From a virus (taxonomy: Duplodnaviria; Caudoviricetes): a stretch of DNA of 31,873 bases. A program made the translations under genes and the position numbers. Of this stretch, positions 8,722-18,925 are shown in pieces (position 1 is the stretch's first letter; each line of letters opens with the position of its first letter). The notes under the pieces were generated by a model. It ran no database searches. It saw only the letters and a list, made by a program, of their open reading frames with translations, and had not been told where the DNA came from. The stretch spans positions 1 through 31,873 of IMG/VR virus record IMGVR_UViG_3300033076_001170, one strand, 5' to 3'.

Positions 8722-9444
8722 ATGGCTACCTGGAACCTATCACCACAATACAAAAAGTCCGCTGTGGAAGTAATGTTCTTCCATAAAGACAACATGGTTA
8801 TCACGGTTGAGCAAGGCTTTCGCTGGGCAAACTTTACAGTAGAGTCTGATACTCGTCCTTTGACAGACGAAGAACTCAAAAACGAAGATGGCTACGAACT
8901 TGGCTGCATTGACAACGACGAGTCATGGGAAATGTGCGACATGACTGACGGTTGTTGGTTAGACATTGACCGGTATAACTCACACGTATCAGACGAAGAG
9001 TTTGAGAAGTTTGAAAAGGCCTGGGAAGAAAACAGTTACGAAGGTGTTGAAGCACTGGGTTGGTCAAACGACGACACTGAGTATCACTTCCATGGCCCAC
9101 TGGAACTCACCAATGAAGATACTGGTGAAGTGTTTCAAGGCGAACCAGAAGAAAACATCTCAGTTGGCGGCGTCCCACATGTGTCTAATACTAGCAATCC
9201 GGTGGACTTTCCCAAAGAAGATTCGTTTGATTGGACACCAATTGAAGAAAAGCCTGTGGTAACTGATTGGTATCCTGTTGCTGTCAATCCTGTGCGTGAG
9301 GGCGCATATCAGGTGTTGCATACCGAAGTTGAAGAAAAGTGGCCATTTGCATCAAACGTAACCGCAGCAGTTTGGGACGGCAAAAAATGGAACGACAATA
9401 AGGTTGTTAAATGGCGCGGACTAACAGAAGACCCAAAGGCATAA
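8722..9444 (+). CDS. Acidic hypothetical protein with small Trp-rich C-terminal domain
   Basis: D/E-rich; ends TDWYP..PVREGAY...WDGKKW...WRGL. Confidence 0.8.
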   Translation: MATWNLSPQYKKSAVEVMFFHKDNMVITVEQGFRWANFTVESDTRPLTDEELKNEDGYELGCIDNDESWEMCDMTDGCWLDIDRYNSHVSDEEFEKFEKAWEENSYEGVEALGWSNDDTEYHFHGPLELTNEDTGEVFQGEPEENISVGGVPHVSNTSNPVDFPKEDSFDWTPIEEKPVVTDWYPVAVNPVREGAYQVLHTEVEEKWPFASNVTAAVWDGKKWNDNKVVKWRGLTEDPKA

Positions 9445-9445
9445 C

Positions 9446-9667
9446 ATGGCAACAGTATACACAGAAGTTGAAGTAGATGTAGACTTAGAGGACTTTGATA
9501 CTGACGATCTAGTTGAAGAATTACAACGTCGGGGTAAGGGCATGGAAGTTGCATCGCGATCGGGCACAGAATTGCTGACAGCTATCTACGAAAAGCGCAG
9601 GCTCGGACAAGACTACCAACGTGAGTTAGACGAACTGATCTACTTGGGTATTGGGAAGATTGTGTAA
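9446..9667 (+). CDS. Hypothetical protein
   Basis: EVDVDLEDFDTDDLVEELQRRG; packed in the array. Confidence 0.8.
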   Translation: MATVYTEVEVDVDLEDFDTDDLVEELQRRGKGMEVASRSGTELLTAIYEKRRLGQDYQRELDELIYLGIGKIV

Positions 9668-9930
9668 TGGCAAACTCTACATGGGACAACTCCCGCGGAT
9701 ACGACGAATACAACAAATACTGTAAGAGTGATGTTGACTACGAGTTCCACAAGCCCAATCCGGATGCAGGCATTACCATGCATGCCGTCGATGGCGGCGA
9801 TGAAATGCTCAAAGTCACCAAAGAGGGCTTCTATGTTCGCGGAAAGAAGATCGATCAGGATGACAAAGAAGCTGAAATAGTTTACAATGCTTTTAAACAA
9901 TGGCTCGCTTGGGCACAACTACAGAGGTAA
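9667..9930 (+). CDS. Hypothetical protein
   Basis: TAATG junction. Confidence 0.75.
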   Translation: MANSTWDNSRGYDEYNKYCKSDVDYEFHKPNPDAGITMHAVDGGDEMLKVTKEGFYVRGKKIDQDDKEAEIVYNAFKQWLAWAQLQR

Positions 9931-9931
9931 T

Positions 9932-10168
9932 ATGACTGAAGAAAAGAAACCAATCCAAATTGAATTTGCACCTGGTGCGTTTGATTCCTTTGAGGGCACA
10001 CAAGAAGAACTGGATGCAATGATGGCAGAGATCACAGAAATGATCTCCAACATGAGTCCTGAAGAACTTGCAGCAGCAAGCCGGCCCATTGATTGGGATA
10101 ACCTTTCCGAGGAAGAAATTGCCCTTCTTGACCGTGCGCTGGGCGATGAGCCACGAACTTTACAATAA
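9932..10168 (+). CDS. Acidic hypothetical protein
   Basis: Start at ATG 9932 after GAGG; IEFAPGAFDSFEGTQEELD. Confidence 0.75.
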   Translation: MTEEKKPIQIEFAPGAFDSFEGTQEELDAMMAEITEMISNMSPEELAAASRPIDWDNLSEEEIALLDRALGDEPRTLQ

Positions 10169-10178
10169 ATATTAGGCT

Positions 10179-11720
10179 ATGCTGTTTGGATACTTTACCC
10201 TATTTGTTGCGTTAGTCATTAGTGCAGTTGCAGAGTTCTACAGTATTGTAGGACTTACTGCCATTTTTAGTGCAGCCTTTTGGCCCATTGTGATCATGGG
10301 TGCAAGTCTTGGCGTAGGTAAAGTAACCGCAGCAGTTTGGTTAAAGCTCAATTGGGAACGTGCATCGTGGACCTACAAGTTGTATCTTGTACCAGCAGTT
10401 GCTTTCTTAATGGTGTTAACCAGCATGGGAATCTTTGGCTTCTTATCAAAAGCACACAGTGATCAAAGTTTAGTAACTGGGGATAGTCAATCGAAGGTAG
10501 CAATCTATGACGAAAAAATTTCCACAGCCAAAGGTAATATCGACGCCAACAGAAAAGCCCTTAAACAAATGGATGAGGCCGTTGACCAGGTTATGGCTCG
10601 AAGCGATGATGAAAAGGGTGCTGACAAAGCGGTTGCAATTCGTAGAAGTCAATCTAAAGAACGAGCACGACTATTGGCAGAAATTGAAGTGGAGCAAAAG
10701 AAGGTATCCCAACTATCCGAGGAGAGAGCTCCATACGCTGCTGAGTTCCGTAAAGTGGAGTCAGAGGTGGGACCTATCAAATACATTGCCGCTCTCATTT
10801 ACGGCGATAACCCTGATGCGAACATTCTTGAACGTGCGGTCCGATTGGTCATCATACTCATTGTTGCCGTATTCGACCCATTGGCACTTGTATTGATCCT
10901 GGCAGCACAACAAACTCTACGTTGGGCCCGGGAAGAAAAACAAGAGCGCAAAGACTTGGATCAGTTTATGACTGATGCCAGCCAAGAGTTGTTGAAAGAC
11001 ATTGACTTGCAGGAAGCCAAGATCAAAGAGCCCGAGAAGAGTATCTTTGAAAGTCATCCATATTTGTTCAAGCCGTTCTTGCATTTTAGAGATACTACAC
11101 CTATTGTTGCAAAAAAAGAAGAACCTCTAGTCGTTGCAAATAGTAATCCTGCAGATAATGTACCAATTAATGAAGAAGCCGACAAGTTTGATGACACTAG
11201 AAAAGAAGTGGAAGACAATGGTATCCTTGCATTTGGAATCGACGTTGTTGAGCGTCCAGGAGACTATGTAACTCCGCCTGAAGAAGATGACGCTGAAAAA
11301 GCAGCTATACGTGCCTGGAAAGCCGAAAACCCAGACGATACTATCAAGCATCAACGCTCCTTGTATGACAGCGGTAAAATTGATCGCTTGCCGTGGGACG
11401 ATGCTGCTCATGCAATAGGGCTAGAAGCTGACAACGAACCTCCGCATGGCGAAATGCGTGGCTTTGGGTCACAGTGGCCTGAAAATCCCAAAAAAGGTGA
11501 CATGTTCTTGCGTGTAGATCGATTGCCCAGCGCACTATACAAATACAACGGCAAAACTTGGATGGAAATCGACAAAGAGTTAAGCGATCAATACAGCTAT
11601 GATACAGCGTATATTGACCACTTGATCAACAAGATTGACTCCGGGGAATACGATCCAGACTTACTGACCGAAGCAGAAGTTGAGCAGATCCAACATCGTT
11701 TCCAAACTCGACAATCCTAA
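10179..11720 (+). CDS. Membrane protein with N-terminal TM bundle, coiled coil and acidic C-terminal region
   Basis: Three N-terminal hydrophobic helices, heptad-rich region, TM segment IVAVFDPLALVLIL; preceded by TAAATA. Confidence 0.85.
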   Translation: MLFGYFTLFVALVISAVAEFYSIVGLTAIFSAAFWPIVIMGASLGVGKVTAAVWLKLNWERASWTYKLYLVPAVAFLMVLTSMGIFGFLSKAHSDQSLVTGDSQSKVAIYDEKISTAKGNIDANRKALKQMDEAVDQVMARSDDEKGADKAVAIRRSQSKERARLLAEIEVEQKKVSQLSEERAPYAAEFRKVESEVGPIKYIAALIYGDNPDANILERAVRLVIILIVAVFDPLALVLILAAQQTLRWAREEKQERKDLDQFMTDASQELLKDIDLQEAKIKEPEKSIFESHPYLFKPFLHFRDTTPIVAKKEEPLVVANSNPADNVPINEEADKFDDTRKEVEDNGILAFGIDVVERPGDYVTPPEEDDAEKAAIRAWKAENPDDTIKHQRSLYDSGKIDRLPWDDAAHAIGLEADNEPPHGEMRGFGSQWPENPKKGDMFLRVDRLPSALYKYNGKTWMEIDKELSDQYSYDTAYIDHLINKIDSGEYDPDLLTEAEVEQIQHRFQTRQS

Positions 11721-11750
11721 TAAATAAACTACATAGTTTTTAGGAGACCT

Positions 11751-11972
11751 ATGAAGTTACGAGGAAGATCAGTGCTAGTCAAGGACGACAACGTAGAACG
11801 TGCGTTGCGTAAGTTTAAAAAGAAGATCATGGAATCAGGGTTGCTCAATGACCTGCGTGATCGTGAATTTTACGAAAAGCCAACAACAGCAAGAAAACGC
11901 AAAAAGTCAGCGGCTGCAAACCGTTGGAACAAAAAAGTAGCCAGCCAACAGTTACCTAAAAAACTCTACTGA
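11751..11972 (+). CDS. rpsU: 30S ribosomal protein bS21
   Basis: [11 protein letters not shown]...[18 protein letters not shown]; AGGAG RBS. Confidence 0.95.
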   Translation: MKLRGRSVLVKDDNVERALRKFKKKIMESGLLNDLRDREFYEKPTTARKRKKSAAANRWNKKVASQQLPKKLY

Positions 11973-12649
11973 TGAATTTAATAGTTTGCGGAGATTCGTG
12001 GAGCAACGGAGCTGAACTCCATGATTATGAACTTACATTTGGGGATATTTTAGCCAAAAAACTCTCTGCAAACTTATACAATCAAAGTGTCGATGCAAGC
12101 TCTATACCGCATCTTGTGTTGCAACTTCGACAAGCAATTAATCAAGTTGATTTAACACAGCCTACAAAAGCATTATTTTTTCTTACTTCAAAAGACAGGG
12201 ATGTTATTTGGAGTCAGCATTTTTCTAAAGGCACCGGTTTTCTCATGACCCATCCGTTGCCATATTTGAAACCTGAAGAGATATTTTTAAATCCCAATGA
12301 TCCCTTGCACGAGCATTGGTATAAGTTATACCATACCAATGAATTAGCTAATTTTAGATGTAATACATCATTGATCACATTGCAAGCTATATGCAATCAT
12401 TACAACATTCGGGATTACTATCTTTGGGGTTGGGAATCATTTGATTTGTGGCCCGAAATAAATCAAACCAAATTTTACAATATAACAGCATTTGAAATGT
12501 TTACAAATGATTCCACTGTTACACCAAGTCCTGCATTCAACAAGAACTGCAAATACATCTGGCCAAACGGCGGGCACCCTAATCAACTTGGACATGAGTT
12601 AATTGCTCATACATTGTATCCTTGGATGTCTGATGTACATCGAATTTAG
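11972..12649 (+). CDS. SGNH/GDSL hydrolase-like protein
   Basis: N-terminal VCGDSW and C-terminal GGHPNQLGHELIA. Confidence 0.75.
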   Translation: MNLIVCGDSWSNGAELHDYELTFGDILAKKLSANLYNQSVDASSIPHLVLQLRQAINQVDLTQPTKALFFLTSKDRDVIWSQHFSKGTGFLMTHPLPYLKPEEIFLNPNDPLHEHWYKLYHTNELANFRCNTSLITLQAICNHYNIRDYYLWGWESFDLWPEINQTKFYNITAFEMFTNDSTVTPSPAFNKNCKYIWPNGGHPNQLGHELIAHTLYPWMSDVHRI

Positions 12650-12911
12650 TTTGCCTAATGGCTCAGCCGGACAAGCAGCAGCCCACTCTTTGATAATTAT
12701 CCGTAAAGCTCTAGTGGAGTGGAGCACAAAGTATGGTATCCTTTACTCGGAAAAAACAATCAAGTATAGTCATCGAGTGTGTTTCGACGATGACGCTCAT
12801 TATTCCTTGTTTGCTATGACTTGGAATCAGGATCGACGCTACTACGCTTTGGGCAAATGGCGCATTGTATCTGACCTAAATAATAAATCTTCCTTTGAAG
12901 ATGTGTTATAA
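12633..12911 (+). CDS. Hypothetical protein
   Basis: Start at ATG 12633 (MYIEFSLP...). Confidence 0.7.
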   Translation: MYIEFSLPNGSAGQAAAHSLIIIRKALVEWSTKYGILYSEKTIKYSHRVCFDDDAHYSLFAMTWNQDRRYYALGKWRIVSDLNNKSSFEDVL

Positions 12912-12922
12912 TAAATAAAAAT

Positions 12923-12968
12923 TGTAGTGCCAATCGCGGGCTACACAATTCTTTTGCTTTTTAGGAGA
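12923..12968 (+). promoter_or_regulatory. Two-hairpin bulged-G 5'UTR element (ROSE-like), copy upstream of groES region
   Basis: TGTAGT-G-CC/GG-GCTACA hairpin, then TTTGCT-ttt-TAGGAG pairing over the SD; follows TAAATA. Confidence 0.6.
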
Positions 12969-12973
12969 GAACA

Positions 12974-13009
12974 ATGATCAAACAACACGAGCACCGGCTC
13001 AATCATTAA
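12974..13009 (+). CDS. Mini-ORF MIKQHEHRLNH upstream of groES
   Basis: Strong AGGAGA SD at normal spacing; 11 codons. Confidence 0.4.
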   Translation: MIKQHEHRLNH

Positions 13010-13077
13010 TCCACCCTCATAAAGTTATCTTACATCCGTGTAGGATGTTTCGCTATTTTCGTTTAAAAGGAGAACTT

Positions 13078-15002
<1,925 letters not shown>

Positions 15003-15025
15003 TGACCACCTGAGGTCATAAATAT

Positions 15026-15080
15026 GTGTACGGATGCCGATGGTCGGGTCCGTACACTAGTCATATCTTGCTATAAGGAG
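15026..15080 (+). promoter_or_regulatory. Two-hairpin bulged-G 5'UTR element / ROSE-like RNA thermometer of hsp20
   Basis: GTGTACGGAT-G-CCGA-tgg-TCGG-GTCCGTACAC, then CTTGCT-ata-AGGAG; follows TAAATA at about 15019. Confidence 0.75.
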
Positions 15081-15086
15081 AATAAA

Positions 15087-15530
15087 ATGACACAAAACAA
15101 AACTCTCACTCTTCGTTCTTTTGATATTCCACAACTTCACAAGTTTGGTATCGGCTTTGATAACATGCTTGACGAACTCATGCGTGTAACATCACAGCAA
15201 CAAACTAATTATCCCCCACACAACGTTCGCAAAATTGATGAAGATCATTTTGTAATTGACTTGGCTGTGGCCGGATTTGCTGAAGGTGAAATTGATATCC
15301 GTTTGGAAAAGAATGTTCTTACTATTCAAGGAGGAACAACACGCGACAGCGAAGGCGAGTATTTGGTTCACGGTATCAGCATGCGAGATTTTGAGCGCAC
15401 ATTTACCTTGGCTGAATACGTAGAAGTTACCAATGCAGAAATGATCAATGGTATCTTGTCAATCCGATTAGAACGTATTGTTCCCGAAGAAAAGAAGCCA
15501 AAGAGCATTGCAATCACTTACACTAAGTGA
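15087..15530 (+). CDS. hsp20: Small heat-shock protein Hsp20 (IbpA-like)
   Basis: IGFD, NYPPHN, LAVAGF, YLVHGISMRDFERTF, NGILSIRL and PEEKKPKSIAI; start after AGGAG. Confidence 0.96.
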   Translation: MTQNKTLTLRSFDIPQLHKFGIGFDNMLDELMRVTSQQQTNYPPHNVRKIDEDHFVIDLAVAGFAEGEIDIRLEKNVLTIQGGTTRDSEGEYLVHGISMRDFERTFTLAEYVEVTNAEMINGILSIRLERIVPEEKKPKSIAITYTK

Positions 15531-15536
15531 TATAAT
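15508..15536 (+). promoter_or_regulatory. Sigma70-type promoter for clpS
   Basis: TTGCAA-17 nt-TATAAT with extended TG; a TAAATA also follows at 15543. Confidence 0.6.
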
Positions 15537-15549
15537 ATAGTGTAAATAC

Positions 15550-15569
15550 AGCGGGAGGAAACTCCCGCT
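15550..15569 (+). other. Stable GAAA-tetraloop hairpin (terminator or 5' leader stem)
   Basis: AGCGGGAG-GAAA-CTCCCGCT; weak U tail, so the function is ambiguous. Confidence 0.6.
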
Positions 15570-15601
15570 ACTTATTATTGTTTTGAAAAAAAGGAATGGT
15601 T

Positions 15602-15910
15602 ATGTCACAGGCTGATGCAGCAACAAAAATTAAAATTAACGAGTCGATTAAAGAACCTGGACTGTTCAGGGTTGTTTATTTGAATGACAACCAGACTACT
15701 ATGGAATTTGTTATCGAAAGTTTAATTGAATTTTTTGATTACAGCACCTCAACGGCACTTAAAATTACCGAAGATATCCACAATAACGGTCAAGCCACTG
15801 TAGCAGTACTGCCATACGAAATTGCTGAACAAAAAGGAACTGAAGTATTGCAAAGTGCTCGAGTGCAGAACTACCCTCTGCAAATTAAAATCGAGCCTGA
15901 TCTAGGTTAA
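15602..15910 (+). CDS. clpS: ATP-dependent Clp protease adaptor ClpS
   Basis: P.LFRVVYLNDNQTTMEFVIESL...IHNNGQATV...EIAEQK...YPL. Confidence 0.93.
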   Translation: MSQADAATKIKINESIKEPGLFRVVYLNDNQTTMEFVIESLIEFFDYSTSTALKITEDIHNNGQATVAVLPYEIAEQKGTEVLQSARVQNYPLQIKIEPDLG

Positions 15911-16695
15911 ACCTCTACTACAATCCGTTTAGGATAATACACAGACTGGCTCCACGGAGTATCTCCTCTGCCTCGGCAGTTGTTAACATAACGAATTCCG
16001 TTGTAGGTTCTATCCACAGATCGATGATAGTGGCCAAAGCACCAAGTTTTAATTTTGTTTTCGGTGTCGTCGCCTAGTGCAATTTGCAAATTTTCGTTGC
16101 CTGTGGTGTTGAATCTGTAGTGATTTTCTAACTCTAAATCGTGATTAACTAGCCAAGGTGAAGGAACAGTGTGCGTTACCATAACAATGGTCTTGACATC
16201 TCTATGTTTTTGCAATTTTTGAACACTGTTTCTAAGATACGCAGCATCGGTAATAGCCAAGTTAGCAATGGTACTAGCAACAGAAGAATCTACACCGTAG
16301 CGTTGGGAAAACCATGCAACTGTTTGATCAAAATCGATGTTAGGATCCATGGTAAAACTATACCAACCATTGCATGCTAAAAATGCCACGCCATTTACAA
16401 CAACCACGTTATCTTGCATGAACACTACATTTTTAAACTTGTCAACATACCGTCTAAGATCACGATAACTTTGCCCTAGGTCATCTAAGTAATCTCTATG
16501 TTCATCGTTGCCGTCGATATAAAACACACCTTGGTAACAGTTACCAAGGTGTTTCAGCGTTTCTGCTAGACGCTTTCTGTCCTGGCTTACATCGCCAGCA
16601 ACAACACAATAAGGACTAGTAGCCATGCCGCTCCAATCAAACTTATCCCAGGTTTCGACATGTAAGTCGGAAATTAAATCAAAACTAAATTCCAT
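15907..16695 (-). CDS. Calcineurin-like metallophosphoesterase
   Basis: SDLH, AGD, GNDEH, VTHTVP and FGHYH motifs. Confidence 0.9.
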   Translation of the reverse strand: MEFSFDLISDLHVETWDKFDWSGMATSPYCVVAGDVSQDRKRLAETLKHLGNCYQGVFYIDGNDEHRDYLDDLGQSYRDLRRYVDKFKNVVFMQDNVVVVNGVAFLACNGWYSFTMDPNIDFDQTVAWFSQRYGVDSSVASTIANLAITDAAYLRNSVQKLQKHRDVKTIVMVTHTVPSPWLVNHDLELENHYRFNTTGNENLQIALGDDTENKIKTWCFGHYHRSVDRTYNGIRYVNNCRGRGDTPWSQSVYYPKRIVVEV

Positions 16696-16721
16696 GATAC
16701 ATATTTAAAAGGATTATTTCA

Positions 16722-17075
16722 ATGAACATTATTTTCGGAAGAGAACAAGCAGAGCGAATGGAAGAAAACTATACCATTCTCGAACTAGACACATTTAACT
16801 ACCAAGGGCAGCTAATTACTGCATTTTGTGCCGTGGACCAGATTCCTATTATTGACATGCCTAAGGTAGAAAGCATGAAAGAACTACATCGTAACTTGTT
16901 AATCGAGTATCGCAAAGGAGATTGGAACTATTGTGAACAAGCCCTAGAACATTTAACAGGATTTTGGAATCACGAACTTGAAACATTTTACTCTAACTTA
17001 GCAACTCGCATAAGCAAAAACAAGGATAAAGAACTCGAAGATGGGTGGTGGATCATTGACCGCAATGACGAGTAA
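16722..17075 (+). CDS. Hypothetical protein (helical; weakly resembles the C-terminal extension of class III cyclases)
   Basis: AAGGA RBS; ILELD...YRKGDWNYC. Confidence 0.7.
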   Translation: MNIIFGREQAERMEENYTILELDTFNYQGQLITAFCAVDQIPIIDMPKVESMKELHRNLLIEYRKGDWNYCEQALEHLTGFWNHELETFYSNLATRISKNKDKELEDGWWIIDRNDE

Positions 17076-17187
17076 TAACTTGACTTCTAAATTTTTGATC
17101 TATGTGGCAACCAGCGATAAATTATAATATCATCTCGAGATAAACTATCGAGATAGTAATAACGACGATCTAAAGGAATACTCATAA

Positions 17188-18429
17188 ATGTCAAAAATTG
17201 GTTTTATTGGAATTGGTAAACTCGGACTTGATTGCGCCGAAGTAATGGCCGAGAAACACGAAGTGCGCGGCTACGATATCTACCCACGCACAAGCGACTT
17301 GGTTAAGGTTTGTGATATTGAAGAACTTGTTAACGAAAGTGAGTGGATTTTTATTGCTGTACCTACTCCACATGCCGAAGGCTACGATGGGTCAGTGCCA
17401 AGTTCTCACATGGAGCCGCGCGATTTCGGCCGCGATGCTGTGATTGATGCAATTAACAATATTAACAAATACGCAAAAGATAGCAAAAAGGTAGTTCTAA
17501 TTTCAACAGTACTGCCAGGCACTACACGCAAACACTTCTTCCCGTTGCTGGATACAAAACATCAGTTCTTGTATAATCCTTATTTGATTGCCATGGGATC
17601 AGTTAAGTGGGATATGGTTAATCCTGAGATGATCATGATCGGTACCGAAGATGGTAATCCAAATGCGTTAGCAGGCGAGCTTCGTCAATTGTATGACACA
17701 GTTATGCAAAATAATCCTCGTTATGAGATTGGCACCTGGGACGAATGCGAAGCTATTAAAATCTTCTACAACACATTCATCTCTGCTAAAGTTGGTTTAG
17801 TTAACATGATCCAGGACTTTGCTATGCGTATCGGCAACATTGACGTCGACGTTGTTACCAATGCTCTAGCCCGCAGTACAATGCGTATCATGGGACCCAA
17901 GTATATGACTGCCGGTATGGGCGATGCAGGTGCTTGCCATCCACGTGACAACATTGCTCTACGTTGGTTAGCAAAAGAATACAACATCGGGTACGATTTG
18001 TTTGATACTGTGATGCATGCTCGAGAAATTCAAGCTAAAAACTTAGCTATGTTCCTGGTCGACTTATCAGTAATGAACGATAACATGCCTATTGCTATTC
18101 ACGGCAAGGCATATAAACCAGATGTTGAATATTGCATTGGCTCTTACTCTACGTTGGTTGGCTATTATGTTGAGCAAGAAGGCAAGTCAGTGGTATACAT
18201 TGACCCGCTAGCCGACAACAAGGATAAAGTAGTTGAATCAATTGAGAAGCCTAGTGTTATTTTGTGGGCACATGATCGTCAAATTACTTACGAATACACA
18301 GGCGATCAAGACAAGACTAAACCTTACTGTGAAATTCCAGAAGGTTCAATGATTGTAGATCCATGGCGTAAGTTAAAATCAACTAATACAGTTGAAGTAG
18401 TACACTATGGCAACACCCGCCCCCTTTAA
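17188..18429 (+). CDS. UDP-glucose/GDP-mannose dehydrogenase family protein
   Basis: GIGKLG, IAVPTP, STVLPGT, EAIKIFYNTF, catalytic GACHPRD and AYKP. Confidence 0.92.
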   Translation: MSKIGFIGIGKLGLDCAEVMAEKHEVRGYDIYPRTSDLVKVCDIEELVNESEWIFIAVPTPHAEGYDGSVPSSHMEPRDFGRDAVIDAINNINKYAKDSKKVVLISTVLPGTTRKHFFPLLDTKHQFLYNPYLIAMGSVKWDMVNPEMIMIGTEDGNPNALAGELRQLYDTVMQNNPRYEIGTWDECEAIKIFYNTFISAKVGLVNMIQDFAMRIGNIDVDVVTNALARSTMRIMGPKYMTAGMGDAGACHPRDNIALRWLAKEYNIGYDLFDTVMHAREIQAKNLAMFLVDLSVMNDNMPIAIHGKAYKPDVEYCIGSYSTLVGYYVEQEGKSVVYIDPLADNKDKVVESIEKPSVILWAHDRQITYEYTGDQDKTKPYCEIPEGSMIVDPWRKLKSTNTVEVVHYGNTRPL

Positions 18430-18925
18430 ATATCACTTGGAACGGTTCTGGGACGACGAATTTAAAACTATCGACTACATCCAAGAACCTTTTAACGATC
18501 CAGACAGCGTGGCTCGATGGATCTCGCAAGGTTACCAAAGTAAAATCTGCGGCGACCTTGCTGACATGCGACATCGGTTGCCTCTGTGGGCTAACAAGTT
18601 TATTCAGATATACGAGCAATGGGGATGGAAAGATATTGGCCTTGCCTTCTATCGCATGCCCACAGGGACAGTAATGCCTGTCCACAGTGATCTTTATAAA
18701 CGCTACATAGAGTTGTTTAATTTACAGGGACAAGAGCATACCATACGCCGTGCATTGTTGTTGTTAGAAGATTGGAAACCGGGACATTATCTGGAAGTAG
18801 CTGGGAAACCGTATGTTAACTGGACAGCAGGTGATGTGGTCGAATGGACATTTGATGAGCCGCACATGGCAGCTAATATCGGGTTAGAAGATCGATATAC
18901 ATTACAAATTACAGGGTGGGTATGA
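18407..18925 (+). CDS. Cupin / 2OG-Fe(II) oxygenase-like protein
   Basis: MPVHSD (HxD), distal PHMAAN..G...RYTLQITG. Confidence 0.7.
   Translation: MATPAPFKYHLERFWDDEFKTIDYIQEPFNDPDSVARWISQGYQSKICGDLADMRHRLPLWANKFIQIYEQWGWKDIGLAFYRMPTGTVMPVHSDLYKRYIELFNLQGQEHTIRRALLLLEDWKPGHYLEVAGKPYVNWTAGDVVEWTFDEPHMAANIGLEDRYTLQITGWV

Noticed and set aside
15024-15086. 21-aa N-terminal extension of Hsp20 (likewise the extensions at 1068, 13045, 21648 and 22612)
   Set aside because: This stretch is the structured 5'UTR with the SD at 15076-15080; the other extensions overlap upstream genes, leaders or promoters.
16722-17075. Adenylate cyclase pairing with the divergent phosphoesterase as a signalling module
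   Set aside because: At 117 aa it lacks the class III catalytic motifs; the resemblance is limited to a non-catalytic tail.
17132-17154. ATCTCGA...TCGAGAT inverted repeat upstream of the sugar dehydrogenase
   Set aside because: Single short hairpin with no U tail, no second copy and no bulged-G architecture; cannot assign a role.
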